Positions 1 through 5,736 of a DNA stretch of 9,019 nt are shown piece by piece; the first letter of the stretch is position 1; every line of letters begins with the position of its first letter. The stretch is from a virus (Duplodnaviria > Heunggongvirae > Uroviricota > Caudoviricetes): the IMG/VR virus record IMGVR_UViG_2657245439_000015; one strand, 5' to 3'. The notes under the pieces were generated by a model. The model was given only the letters and a program-made list of their open reading frames with translations. It did not search any database and had not been told where the DNA came from. The translations under genes and the position numbers were made by a program.

Positions 1-715
1 AGTTGATATCCTCATAAAAGGTAATTTCTTCACCTTTATTTTCAACCCTATATGCATCCAATCCATTTTTGAAAGAAGGTGCATAGTCATTTCTATAAAA
101 CTCTGATAACTTATGCAATTCAACCAATTGTCTGCTAACTCTTGCCCTAGGTTTTTTTTGCATTTTTCTCTTTACCTCAATAGGGACAGGATCACTCATT
201 CCTAACGCACAAACATCCCCATGACGTATGACATTAGTAATATCACACAAAACCACTGGAATATTGCATCGCAGCCCCATTTTGAAAACCTTCCACTCTT
301 GCCTGAACCCCTCTTTTCCTGAAATAAAACCTGCATCTTCCTTTACATTATAGTCATCATCATAATATAGAACTTTCAAATTAGAGTTCGGAACATAAAT
401 ATTTGCAATGCCATCCCCGAAAAATCGCCACGTGACTATCAATTCTTTCCTAGCACTCAGCCTAGAATCTATTTTTTTAAGAATTTCCTTTATACCTTTT
501 GACTCTACCTTATTTAACCTCCCACTTCCTTTTATTTTCTTTAAGCGCGCACGTGCTTTCTTAAGTCGGTGTATTCTCTTTTCTTCCTTAACTATTTTTC
601 GTATTAAGAACTTATGAAACTCAAGCAATAAATAATAATTACCCGGTTCTTTTTTTAAATCACCTATAAACCTTGATGCTTCAACAAAACCACATTGATA
701 TTGAGGAAAACGCAT
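1..715 (-). CDS. Hypothetical protein, 3'-partial: at least 238 codons open from ATG 715-713 and continuing past window position 1. Low-GC, lysine-rich cargo gene in the cos-proximal variable region of the P4-like element; function unknown.
   Basis: Hand translation of the minus strand from the ATG at 715-713 gives MRFPQYQCGFVEASRFIGDLKKEPGNYYLLLEFHKFLIRK...VFKMGLRCNIPVVLCDITNVIRHGDVCALGMSDPVPIEVKRKMQKKPRARVSRQLVELHKLSEFYRNDYAPSFKNGLDAYRVENKGEEITFYEDIN with no stop through position 1. An in-frame stop lies just upstream (743-745) and a G-rich Shine-Dalgarno-like GGGG sits 5 nt before the ATG. A 238-codon open frame in AT-rich DNA is very unlikely by chance. Not in the supplied ORF track, presumably because it has no stop in the window. 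Confidence 0.6.
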   Translation of the reverse strand, partial: MRFPQYQCGFVEASRFIGDLKKEPGNYYLLLEFHKFLIRKIVKEEKRIHRLKKARARLKKIKGSGRLNKVESKGIKEILKKIDSRLSARKELIVTWRFFGDGIANIYVPNSNLKVLYYDDDYNVKEDAGFISGKEGFRQEWKVFKMGLRCNIPVVLCDITNVIRHGDVCALGMSDPVPIEVKRKMQKKPRARVSRQLVELHKLSEFYRNDYAPSFKNGLDAYRVENKGEEITFYEDIN

Positions 716-1063
716 GAGCCACCCCGTTACATTTCACTGATAATCATAGAAAAACTCATAGTGAGGTGCAGGTCAAGCAACAATTTTGAAAATTGCGTAG
801 TTCCCCCTCATAATTTACTTATTGGGTTTTTATATACACTTAAGATAAAAAAATCTCAGCTAAATTCGTAGATCGTTTCTGATTCAGATGCATTGGCAGT
901 TTATGGTCACCACAGGAAAGAATACTTCAGGTTAATATCTATAACCGAAGTGAGCGGTTTCAGAAGCAACAGAATCGGCATCATACCCACTACCCCCCCC
1001 TACTCAGCTCTGTGATACGTTCAGGCCGTAAAAAAATAAATAAACAGTTAATGCATGCGCGCG

Positions 1064-1082
1064 GTGCTTTCCCCGCCTCGCC
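1064..1082 (-). other. cos: P2/P4-type cos site: 19-nt cohesive-end sequence
   Basis: Plus strand reads GTGCTTTCCCCGCCTCGCC, the reverse complement of GGCGAGGCGGGGAAAGCAC, which I recall as the 19-nt cohesive end shared by P2 and P4. It lies just beyond the 3' end of psu, as cos does in P4. Flanked by GC-rich dyads (e.g. CCGCCC..GGGCGG at ~1081-1102). Confidence 0.65.
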
Positions 1083-1183
1083 CGCCCGCTTTGCAGGGCG
1101 GTTTTAATGCAGTTGCACAGTCACGCTCAGGCCGCGCCGGGAATGGCGCGGTCTGCAGAAAATGAGGCAGGGAAACGCATGCA

Positions 1184-1216
1184 AAGCCATGCACCTTATC
1201 GATGCATGGCTTTTTT
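1184..1216 (+). terminator. Hairpin with T-tract between cos and the psu 3' end (intrinsic-terminator-like)
   Basis: AAGCCATGCA (1184-1193) pairs with TGCATGGCTT (1203-1212), loop of 9 nt, followed by TTTTTT on the plus strand and preceded by an A-run as seen from the minus strand. The U-tract is strong only for plus-strand transcripts; it may act weakly in both directions (the psu end is at 1247). Confidence 0.35.
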
Positions 1217-1246
1217 CAGTAAAAACGGGCGGATTTTCGGGGAATT

Positions 1247-1819
1247 TTACACAGACTGACGTGATGCCAGTTGCGCACTTTTACGCGAAAAAATCATGTT
1301 CTGCGCAGGGGTGAATTTTTCACGGCTGCCATCCACCGAAGCCGCGTCAGGCCTGAATCCGATGGTCGTTAAAATGTCGCTATCCTGTGCGGAATAATTA
1401 ATTTTTTCCCCCTTCGCAAGCCAGGACAGGAGGGCTTCACGCAGGGCATCTGTGGCACGCTGTATGGCACAGTTTCGGGCAATGGCCGTCAGCTCACTGT
1501 AGCCCATCAGCTCCGGTGCCAGTGCGGCCGCCAGTACTGTGCCGTGCTGCTGCATAAAATCATTCAGCCGGTCGCGGATGCTGATGTGCTGAACGGCTTC
1601 ATGCGAACGAATATAACGACTGGCGGCCTGATTCACCTGCCATTTTCTGACTTCGATAATATTGCGTAATTCGTCCAGGCGACTGACGTTTCTGCCTTCT
1701 CCTGACAGAAGCCGCAGGTATTCCTGTTCGGCCGCTGCCAGCTCATTTTTGCGTTGCAGCCATGCTGCTTTGTTATTCTGACAGGTGTCAAAGGCCTGCT
1801 GTAAGGCTGTGCTTTCCAT
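1247..1819 (-). CDS. psu: Psu, polarity suppression protein (P4 capsid decoration protein / Rho antagonist), 190 aa
   Basis: Complete ORF, ATG at 1819-1817, stop at 1249-1247. Length (190 aa) and position as the third gene of sid-delta-psu, next to cos, match P4 Psu. Recognised from family knowledge, not searched. Confidence 0.85.
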   Translation of the reverse strand: MESTALQQAFDTCQNNKAAWLQRKNELAAAEQEYLRLLSGEGRNVSRLDELRNIIEVRKWQVNQAASRYIRSHEAVQHISIRDRLNDFMQQHGTVLAAALAPELMGYSELTAIARNCAIQRATDALREALLSWLAKGEKINYSAQDSDILTTIGFRPDAASVDGSREKFTPAQNMIFSRKSAQLASRQSV

Positions 1820-1892
1820 CGTTATCTCTTTCTCATCATGCTGAAGAATAAAAATACGGTGTGCGGCGACGGCCGGGGTTAACCGGCAGCCC

Positions 1893-2393
1893 TCATTCCA
1901 GACGCAGCGAATATGATTGTGTTTTTAACCGTACTGGCGGCAGTTCCTGTTTTTCATGCAGGCGTTCTGCCAGTTCGTCCGGTGTGACCGGGCGGACAAT
2001 GAAGCGGTTGATGGTCTGAAGCGTTTTAAACACCAGACCACAGCCCGGATCCGTGCACACATAAAAACGCTCGGTGACTTCCTGAGACAGACGCCGCGAT
2101 GTTCTTGACAGTGCAAGGCCTTTACATCTCCGACAACAATATCCGGTAACAAGCATTCTTTTCGGGCGTTTCATGCTACCGGAGGCTGACGTCAGTGAAT
2201 CGCGGTATCTCTGTTTGCCTGAAATGTATTCCATTCCTGAATCTTTACAGTCAGAGAAAAAGCTTTCACTCGCTTCAAATGTCGCAGAGCAATAAATATT
2301 CCGGCACTGTGCAATCATTATCTTGGTGCCATCGTCCATGAAATGTGCGCGACGGGTGTGAGCAACATGTCCACACGACGGGCAGTAAATCAT
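1893..2393 (-). CDS. delta: Delta, late-gene transcriptional activator of the Ogr/Delta zinc-finger family, 166 aa (two Ogr-like modules in one chain)
   Basis: Translation shows two Cys-rich modules: CPSCG...CRNIYC near the N-terminus and CCRRCKG...CTDPGCG in the second half. Length 166 aa. Its ATG (2393-2391) overlaps the sid stop (2392-2390) as ATGA. Confidence 0.85.
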   Translation of the reverse strand: MIYCPSCGHVAHTRRAHFMDDGTKIMIAQCRNIYCSATFEASESFFSDCKDSGMEYISGKQRYRDSLTSASGSMKRPKRMLVTGYCCRRCKGLALSRTSRRLSQEVTERFYVCTDPGCGLVFKTLQTINRFIVRPVTPDELAERLHEKQELPPVRLKTQSYSLRLE

Positions 2394-3124
2394 GACAGCA
2401 GCCCTCTGGCCTTAAGCTCTGCTCCCTGCTGGTCTATTTTGTCCTGCCACACCTTGCGCTGTGCCGGTGTGCCAGCCACCTCATAATCCATGTGCGGAAG
2501 TGTTGCCGCTGACAGTCCGGTCAGCCGGAGAACCGGCTCGCCGCTGAGGCTGATTTGCATCTGTTTAATTTTCTGTTCCAGCGATGATTTCACCTGCTGC
2601 ATGACAGCCTTATCGGGTGCGACGTAGCCCTGATGGCCGGTGGTGTTGGCGAGCGGATTTTCCTGTACCAGAATGCTCAGATGCATTGCCCGGACAAGCG
2701 CCTCACAGGTTTCATTCAGGGCGTGTTCCAGCTCATGCTCTGCATACAGACTCAGAAGGTGATGATGTGCCTTCCGGTAGGCGGTGGCCGTGCTGTCACA
2801 CGCCCCTTTCAGGCGTTCACGTTCAAAATTCAGCACCACGGCCAGATTGTCATATTCCTGTACCAGCTCCCGGCGTGCCACGCGCTCAATGTGGCGCTGT
2901 TTCAGCTCGTCGCTCAGGACACCACCGGCTGCACGAAAGGCTGTGCGCCAGTCATCAGCGTCATTTCCGTCGGCCTGCGCCAGCGCATTTTTTTCCTGCT
3001 CTGCCCGTTCAATGGCCGTGACGGTCTCATCCATCAGTCGGGCGTTCTCAAGGTGGGCGGCTCTGGCCTTTTCCAGTTGTGCCAGTGCGGGTTGCAGATA
3101 TTCAGGGATGGTGTTGTCAGACAT
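2390..3124 (-). CDS. sid: Sid, capsid size-determination (external scaffold) protein, 244 aa
   Basis: The track ORF 2390..3142 starts at a GTG; the ATG at 3124-3122 (MSDNTIPEYL...) is preceded by GAGGAG and gives 244 aa, the length I recall for P4 Sid. First gene of the late operon, downstream of a TGT-N12-ACA activator dyad. Confidence 0.85.
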   Translation of the reverse strand: MSDNTIPEYLQPALAQLEKARAAHLENARLMDETVTAIERAEQEKNALAQADGNDADDWRTAFRAAGGVLSDELKQRHIERVARRELVQEYDNLAVVLNFERERLKGACDSTATAYRKAHHHLLSLYAEHELEHALNETCEALVRAMHLSILVQENPLANTTGHQGYVAPDKAVMQQVKSSLEQKIKQMQISLSGEPVLRLTGLSAATLPHMDYEVAGTPAQRKVWQDKIDQQGAELKARGLLS

Positions 3125-3149
3125 TTTCCGGCTCCTCGTCACTTCAGGT

Positions 3150-3214
3150 TAAGAAAATTGTGACGTACACCGGACAACAACACGACGCATTGCAGATGTG
3201 CCAGCCCTGACACA
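3150..3214 (-). promoter_or_regulatory. P_sid-like late promoter with Ogr/Delta-type activator dyad TGT-N12-ACA (3197-3214) and -10-like CACAAT (minus strand; plus 3157-3162)
   Basis: Dyad TGT gccagccctgac ACA at 3197-3214; its centre sits ~55 nt upstream of the transcription start predicted from the -10-like element, the geometry of P2/P4 late promoters. A second TGT-N12-ACA at 3159-3176 overlaps the -10 region. Confidence 0.5.
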
Positions 3215-3293
3215 GGAGACTCATCCTCACACCGGCAAGCCAGGAAAAGGTCGCAGGAAAAACCGGCTTACTGTTTGTTTTTTTATATTTTAC

Positions 3294-3397
3294 TGTTCAC
3301 CTCTGTTCACCATAAGAAAAAAGATAAGTAATACAGTAAGTTAAAGGGTGAACAATCGCAGTAATGACTGTTCACCGTCTGTTCACCACTGTTCACC
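3294..3397. repeat. ori1-like iteron cluster: six copies of TGTTCACC/GGTGAACA (alpha-protein binding sites)
   Basis: TGTTCACC at 3294-3301, 3304-3311, 3369-3376, 3380-3387, 3390-3397 and inverted GGTGAACA at 3347-3354; several are spaced ~10-11 bp apart. AT-rich flanks. The same octamer recurs in the repeats at 8121-8418. Lies between the divergent late promoters. Confidence 0.6.
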
Positions 3398-3555
3398 CGC
3401 TCATGGACTTTTTGTGCTGTTTACTACTGTTTATTTTTATTAATTCACTGAAATAAATAAGAAAAAACAATTTGTATTTCACTATAAAAAATTCCAGGTC
3501 CTTCAGAACCCTTTGAGACCCTTCAAGTCCGGATGGATAAAAAACACACAGCCAT

Positions 3556-3620
3556 TGTAAGGCTGCCGGCACAAATCCCCCCTGTTGCGTCTGCTGAAAA
3601 TATTCACAAAATAAAGCGCT
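3556..3620 (+). promoter_or_regulatory. P_LL-like late promoter of the left operon: TGT-N12-ACA dyad (3556-3573) with -10-like CACAAAAT (~3605-3612)
   Basis: Dyad TGT aaggctgccggc ACA; the -10-like element is again ~43 nt from the dyad centre, and its TCACAA core resembles the one at P_sid. Predicted start ~3619, about 395 nt upstream of the predicted P_LE start, matching the ~400-nt spacing recalled for P4 P_LL and P_LE. Confidence 0.45.
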
Positions 3621-3675
3621 ACCCGAAGCCGGACGGACTTATCCGGTGCTGTATGGACATTAACGAGGTAGCCCG

Positions 3676-3942
3676 ATGCAAGCTGTTTTTTCTTCCCCGT
3701 CTCCCGCCCCTGTGACGCCACTGATGCCGCTGCCGGACATCACACAGGAGCGTTTTTTACGTCTTCCGGAAGTGATGCACCTGTGCGGCCTGTCACGCTC
3801 GACCATCTACGAACTCATCCGTAAGGGGGAATTTCCGCCGCAGGTGAGTCTTGGCGGTAAAAATGTGGCCTGGCTGCACTCTGAAGTCACCGCATGGATG
3901 GCCGGACGCATTGCCGGACGCAAACGGGGGTACGACGCATGA
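3676..3942 (+). CDS. vis: Vis/AlpA-family small DNA-binding regulator (excisionase-like HTH), 88 aa
   Basis: ATG at 3676 preceded by GAGG. The translation contains an AlpA-type HTH segment ([44 protein letters not shown]). Length 88 aa and position as the first gene after the late promoter match P4 orf88 (vis). Confidence 0.85.
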   Translation: MQAVFSSPSPAPVTPLMPLPDITQERFLRLPEVMHLCGLSRSTIYELIRKGEFPPQVSLGGKNVAWLHSEVTAWMAGRIAGRKRGYDA

Positions 3943-3977
3943 TGATGCCCGCTCTGCAAAAACTCCCTTTTTCTGGC

Positions 3978-4007
3978 TTGCCTTTTTCCGGCATTTGCGG
4001 ATATAGT
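3978..4007 (+). promoter_or_regulatory. Sigma70-like promoter (P_LE candidate): -35 TTGCCT (3978-3983), 18-nt spacer, -10 TATAGT (4002-4007)
   Basis: Read directly from the sequence. It lies just downstream of vis and upstream of the structured leader, the position of P_LE in P4. Confidence 0.45.
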
Positions 4008-4070
4008 TTTTCCGCTGCCGCAAAATCGGCAGCCGGGCGTGGAAACCCGAGCAATTCACAGGCGACATAT

Positions 4071-4092
4071 GACGCGCCATGCGTCTTTTTTT
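4071..4092 (+). terminator. Intrinsic-terminator-like hairpin in the leader: GACGC-GCCAT-GCGTC followed by T7
   Basis: 5-bp GC-rich stem (4071-4075 / 4081-4085), 5-nt loop, then TTTTTTT (4086-4092), about 75 nt downstream of the predicted P_LE start. Consistent with premature termination in a P4-type immunity leader; the stem is short, so strength is uncertain. Confidence 0.4.
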
Positions 4093-4239
4093 GTGTCGCA
4101 ATCAACGCCACAGAGCGCCAGATTATGGTGTGGTGTGTGGTCAGTCGTGCAGATGGCATTCCGTGCATCCTGCCCGCGTCCGCTCATTATGCCGCAGAGT
4201 CAATGGTAGCTCAGGCGGGGCAGCCTCCGGGCTGGCCGG

Positions 4240-4310
4240 TATCCTGTGAAGCCGGTATTTCCACCCCCGTCTGGGCTATCGCCATCGAGCGTGGAAACTC
4301 CGGCGATAGC
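4240..4310 (+). ncRNA. Candidate CI-like immunity RNA / leader RNA element (approximate boundaries)
   Basis: Two same-polarity boxes GCGTGGAAAC (4037-4046 and 4289-4298), with a partially complementary segment between them (GCCGGTATTTCCACCCCCG, ~4250-4268; TTTCCAC at 4258-4264). A perfect 9-bp stem (GCTATCGCC 4275-4283 / GGCGATAGC 4302-4310) presents the second box in an 18-nt loop. This resembles the seqA/seqB/seqC logic of P4 RNA immunity. Boundaries and processing sites cannot be set from sequence alone. Confidence 0.25.
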
Positions 4311-4340
4311 GTTATTTGCTATTCACAGGAGGCTGCCATC

Positions 4341-4538
4341 ATGGCTACAACCCTTACCCCCTCACACCCTGAATTTGTCTTTGTGTTTGCGGCTGTCCGT
4401 CGCGCAGACCGTCATCCCCGTATCTGCATGCTTCGCACCGTCGCCGGTGATGAACGCAGCGCCCGCCGTTCCCTTGTCCGTGACTATGTGCTCTCCCTTG
4501 CTGCCCGTCTGCCGGTGGTGGAGGTGTCCCGTGCGTAA
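4341..4538 (+). CDS. Kil/Icd-like small protein (host cell-division inhibitor-like), 65 aa
   Basis: ATG at 4341 preceded by AGGAGG (4327-4332). Translation [65 protein letters not shown] resembles what I recall of Icd-like proteins of P4-like elements. The track's longer in-frame ORF from 3894 would run through the promoter and leader and is probably not translated. Confidence 0.6.
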   Translation: MATTLTPSHPEFVFVFAAVRRADRHPRICMLRTVAGDERSARRSLVRDYVLSLAARLPVVEVSRA

Positions 4539-4818
4539 TAAAAAAGCCCCTCAGACCGTCTCAGCGCGTCATGACGCCCGTGAACACCTCAGCATTGAGG
4601 CTTACCATAAGCTCAACCGCGCCAGCGCCGTATCCCAGTTTGTTGGGGGTGATTTGATTCACCGTGAACTCTCCGGCCTGCATCAGCTCTACATTCCGCA
4701 TATTTTCAGCTACCTGAATGAAGATATTGATTTTGTGCTGAATGAGCTGAAAGCCAAAGGCCTGTGCCGCGATTTTCTCGCCCAGCAGAAAGACCGGGGA
4801 GACAGGACGCATGTTTGA
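4531..4818 (+). CDS. Small ORF, 95 codons with GTG start; possibly the epsilon/eta-position gene of the left operon
   Basis: The frame is open from 4246, but that would overlap the kil/icd-like gene. GTG at 4531 is preceded by GGAGG (4520-4524) and overlaps the upstream stop by 8 nt; its own stop overlaps the next ATG (ATGTTTGA at 4811-4818). No in-frame ATG downstream. Start choice and identity are uncertain. Confidence 0.45.
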   Translation: MRNKKAPQTVSARHDAREHLSIEAYHKLNRASAVSQFVGGDLIHRELSGLHQLYIPHIFSYLNEDIDFVLNELKAKGLCRDFLAQQKDRGDRTHV

Positions 4819-5266
4819 TTTTCCCCAGCCCGGTGAGATTTACCGTTCTGCCGGTTTTCCCGATGTGGCCGTGGTCGGCATTCTGGAAGACGGTATTCCG
4901 TGGGAAATGCCGTACCGCTGCCCGGACATTGTCTGGAACCCGTACCGCCGTAAATTCAGTATCCTTGTGCGTATCCTCGCTGACGGACGCACCACAGACA
5001 TCCCGCTGGGGCGTTTTCTGCGGGAATTTACCTGTGACCGTCCTGACCTGTTTAAACGCAGCCCCGTAAACCGGCATGCGGTACTGAAAGAAATGGCCGG
5101 AGACCCGGAATTACAGAAATGGCGGGAAAAATATCTGGATATTTACCCGCAGGACACTGTTCCGGTCAGCCGGGCAGCACCGGTGGCGCGGGAATGGCGG
5201 GAAATTCCCCGCACGGAGCCTGACCCGGAAACCACCCCGGATAACAGTTACCGCAATTATCTGTAA
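4811..5266 (+). CDS. Hypothetical protein, 151 aa (P4 orf151-position protein)
   Basis: Complete ORF whose ATG is coupled to the upstream stop; the length equals that recalled for P4 orf151 in the same operon position. No recognisable catalytic motif. Confidence 0.7.
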   Translation: MFDFPQPGEIYRSAGFPDVAVVGILEDGIPWEMPYRCPDIVWNPYRRKFSILVRILADGRTTDIPLGRFLREFTCDRPDLFKRSPVNRHAVLKEMAGDPELQKWREKYLDIYPQDTVPVSRAAPVAREWREIPRTEPDPETTPDNSYRNYL

Positions 5267-5401
5267 TTAAAAAACGACACCCGAAAAATTAAATGTGCGT
5301 ATTCGCGCAGGGATACGCACGTCTTCAGGAGACGCAGATATGCCTTATCAGTTAATGCAACCGGCACGGAATGCAGTCATCTGTCACAGGGAGGAAAACA
5401 A

Positions 5402-5722
5402 ATGAAAACACCCTTACCGCCCGTCTTACGCGCTGCCCTTTACCGTCGCGCTGTCGCCTGTGCCTGGCTGACCGTGTGCGAACGTCAGCACCGCTACCCG
5501 CATCTCACCCTTGAGTCACTGGAGGCGGCCATCGCCGCTGAGCTGGAAGGCTTTTATCTGCGCCAGCACGGTGAGGAAAAAGGGCGTCAGATAGCCTGTG
5601 CCCTGCTGGAAGATTTAATGGAATCCGGCCCCCTGAAGGCCGCGCCGTCGCTGTCCTTTCTCGGGCTGGTTGTGATGGATGAACTCTGTGCCCGTCACAT
5701 AAAAGCGCCGGTACTGCACTGA
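5402..5722 (+). CDS. Hypothetical protein, 106 aa, immediately upstream of the primase (possibly Cnr-like copy-number regulator)
   Basis: ATG at 5402 preceded by GGGAGG (5388-5393); ends 15 nt before the alpha start. Size and position match the small gene upstream of alpha in P4. The cnr assignment is from memory and not confirmed. Confidence 0.65.
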
Positions 5723-5736
5723 AGGAGAACAACACC

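Noticed and set aside
340-380. Reverse-transcriptase-like YxDD motif (LYYDDDYNV) in the cargo ORF, suggesting a retron
   Set aside because: The motif is too close to the N-terminus for RT motif C, and the flanking sequence lacks the other RT motifs. Noted only as a point to re-examine once the full gene is available.
408-617. Plus-strand ORF 408..617 (69 aa)
   Set aside because: It is antisense to the much longer open minus-strand frame (715->1), and its Phe/Leu/Ile-rich translation is typical of reading AT-rich DNA in the wrong frame.
993-1000. C8 homopolymer tract as a phase-variation switch
   Set aside because: It is short and intergenic with no ORF spanning it; more likely incidental or error-prone in sequencing.
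1925-2152. Minus-strand ORF 1925..2152 nested in delta
   Set aside because: An alternative frame within the delta gene; no independent support.
2617-3163. Three plus-strand track ORFs (2617..3021, 2633..3163, 2784..3152) overlapping sid
   Set aside because: They lie antisense to, or out of frame with, a well-supported gene in GC-rich DNA where long open frames arise by chance; they have no RBS and their translations are low-complexity and Arg/Ala/Ser-rich.
3793-4340. Track ORFs 3793..4101 (-), 3887..4168 (-) and the N-terminal part of 3894..4538 (+), including a possible Ash-like reading from ATG 4125
   Set aside because: They cover the P_LE-like promoter, a T7-tailed hairpin and a highly structured leader, and lack convincing ribosome-binding sites. 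The region is better explained as untranslated regulatory RNA. An Ash-family annotation is kept open as an alternative in the findings.
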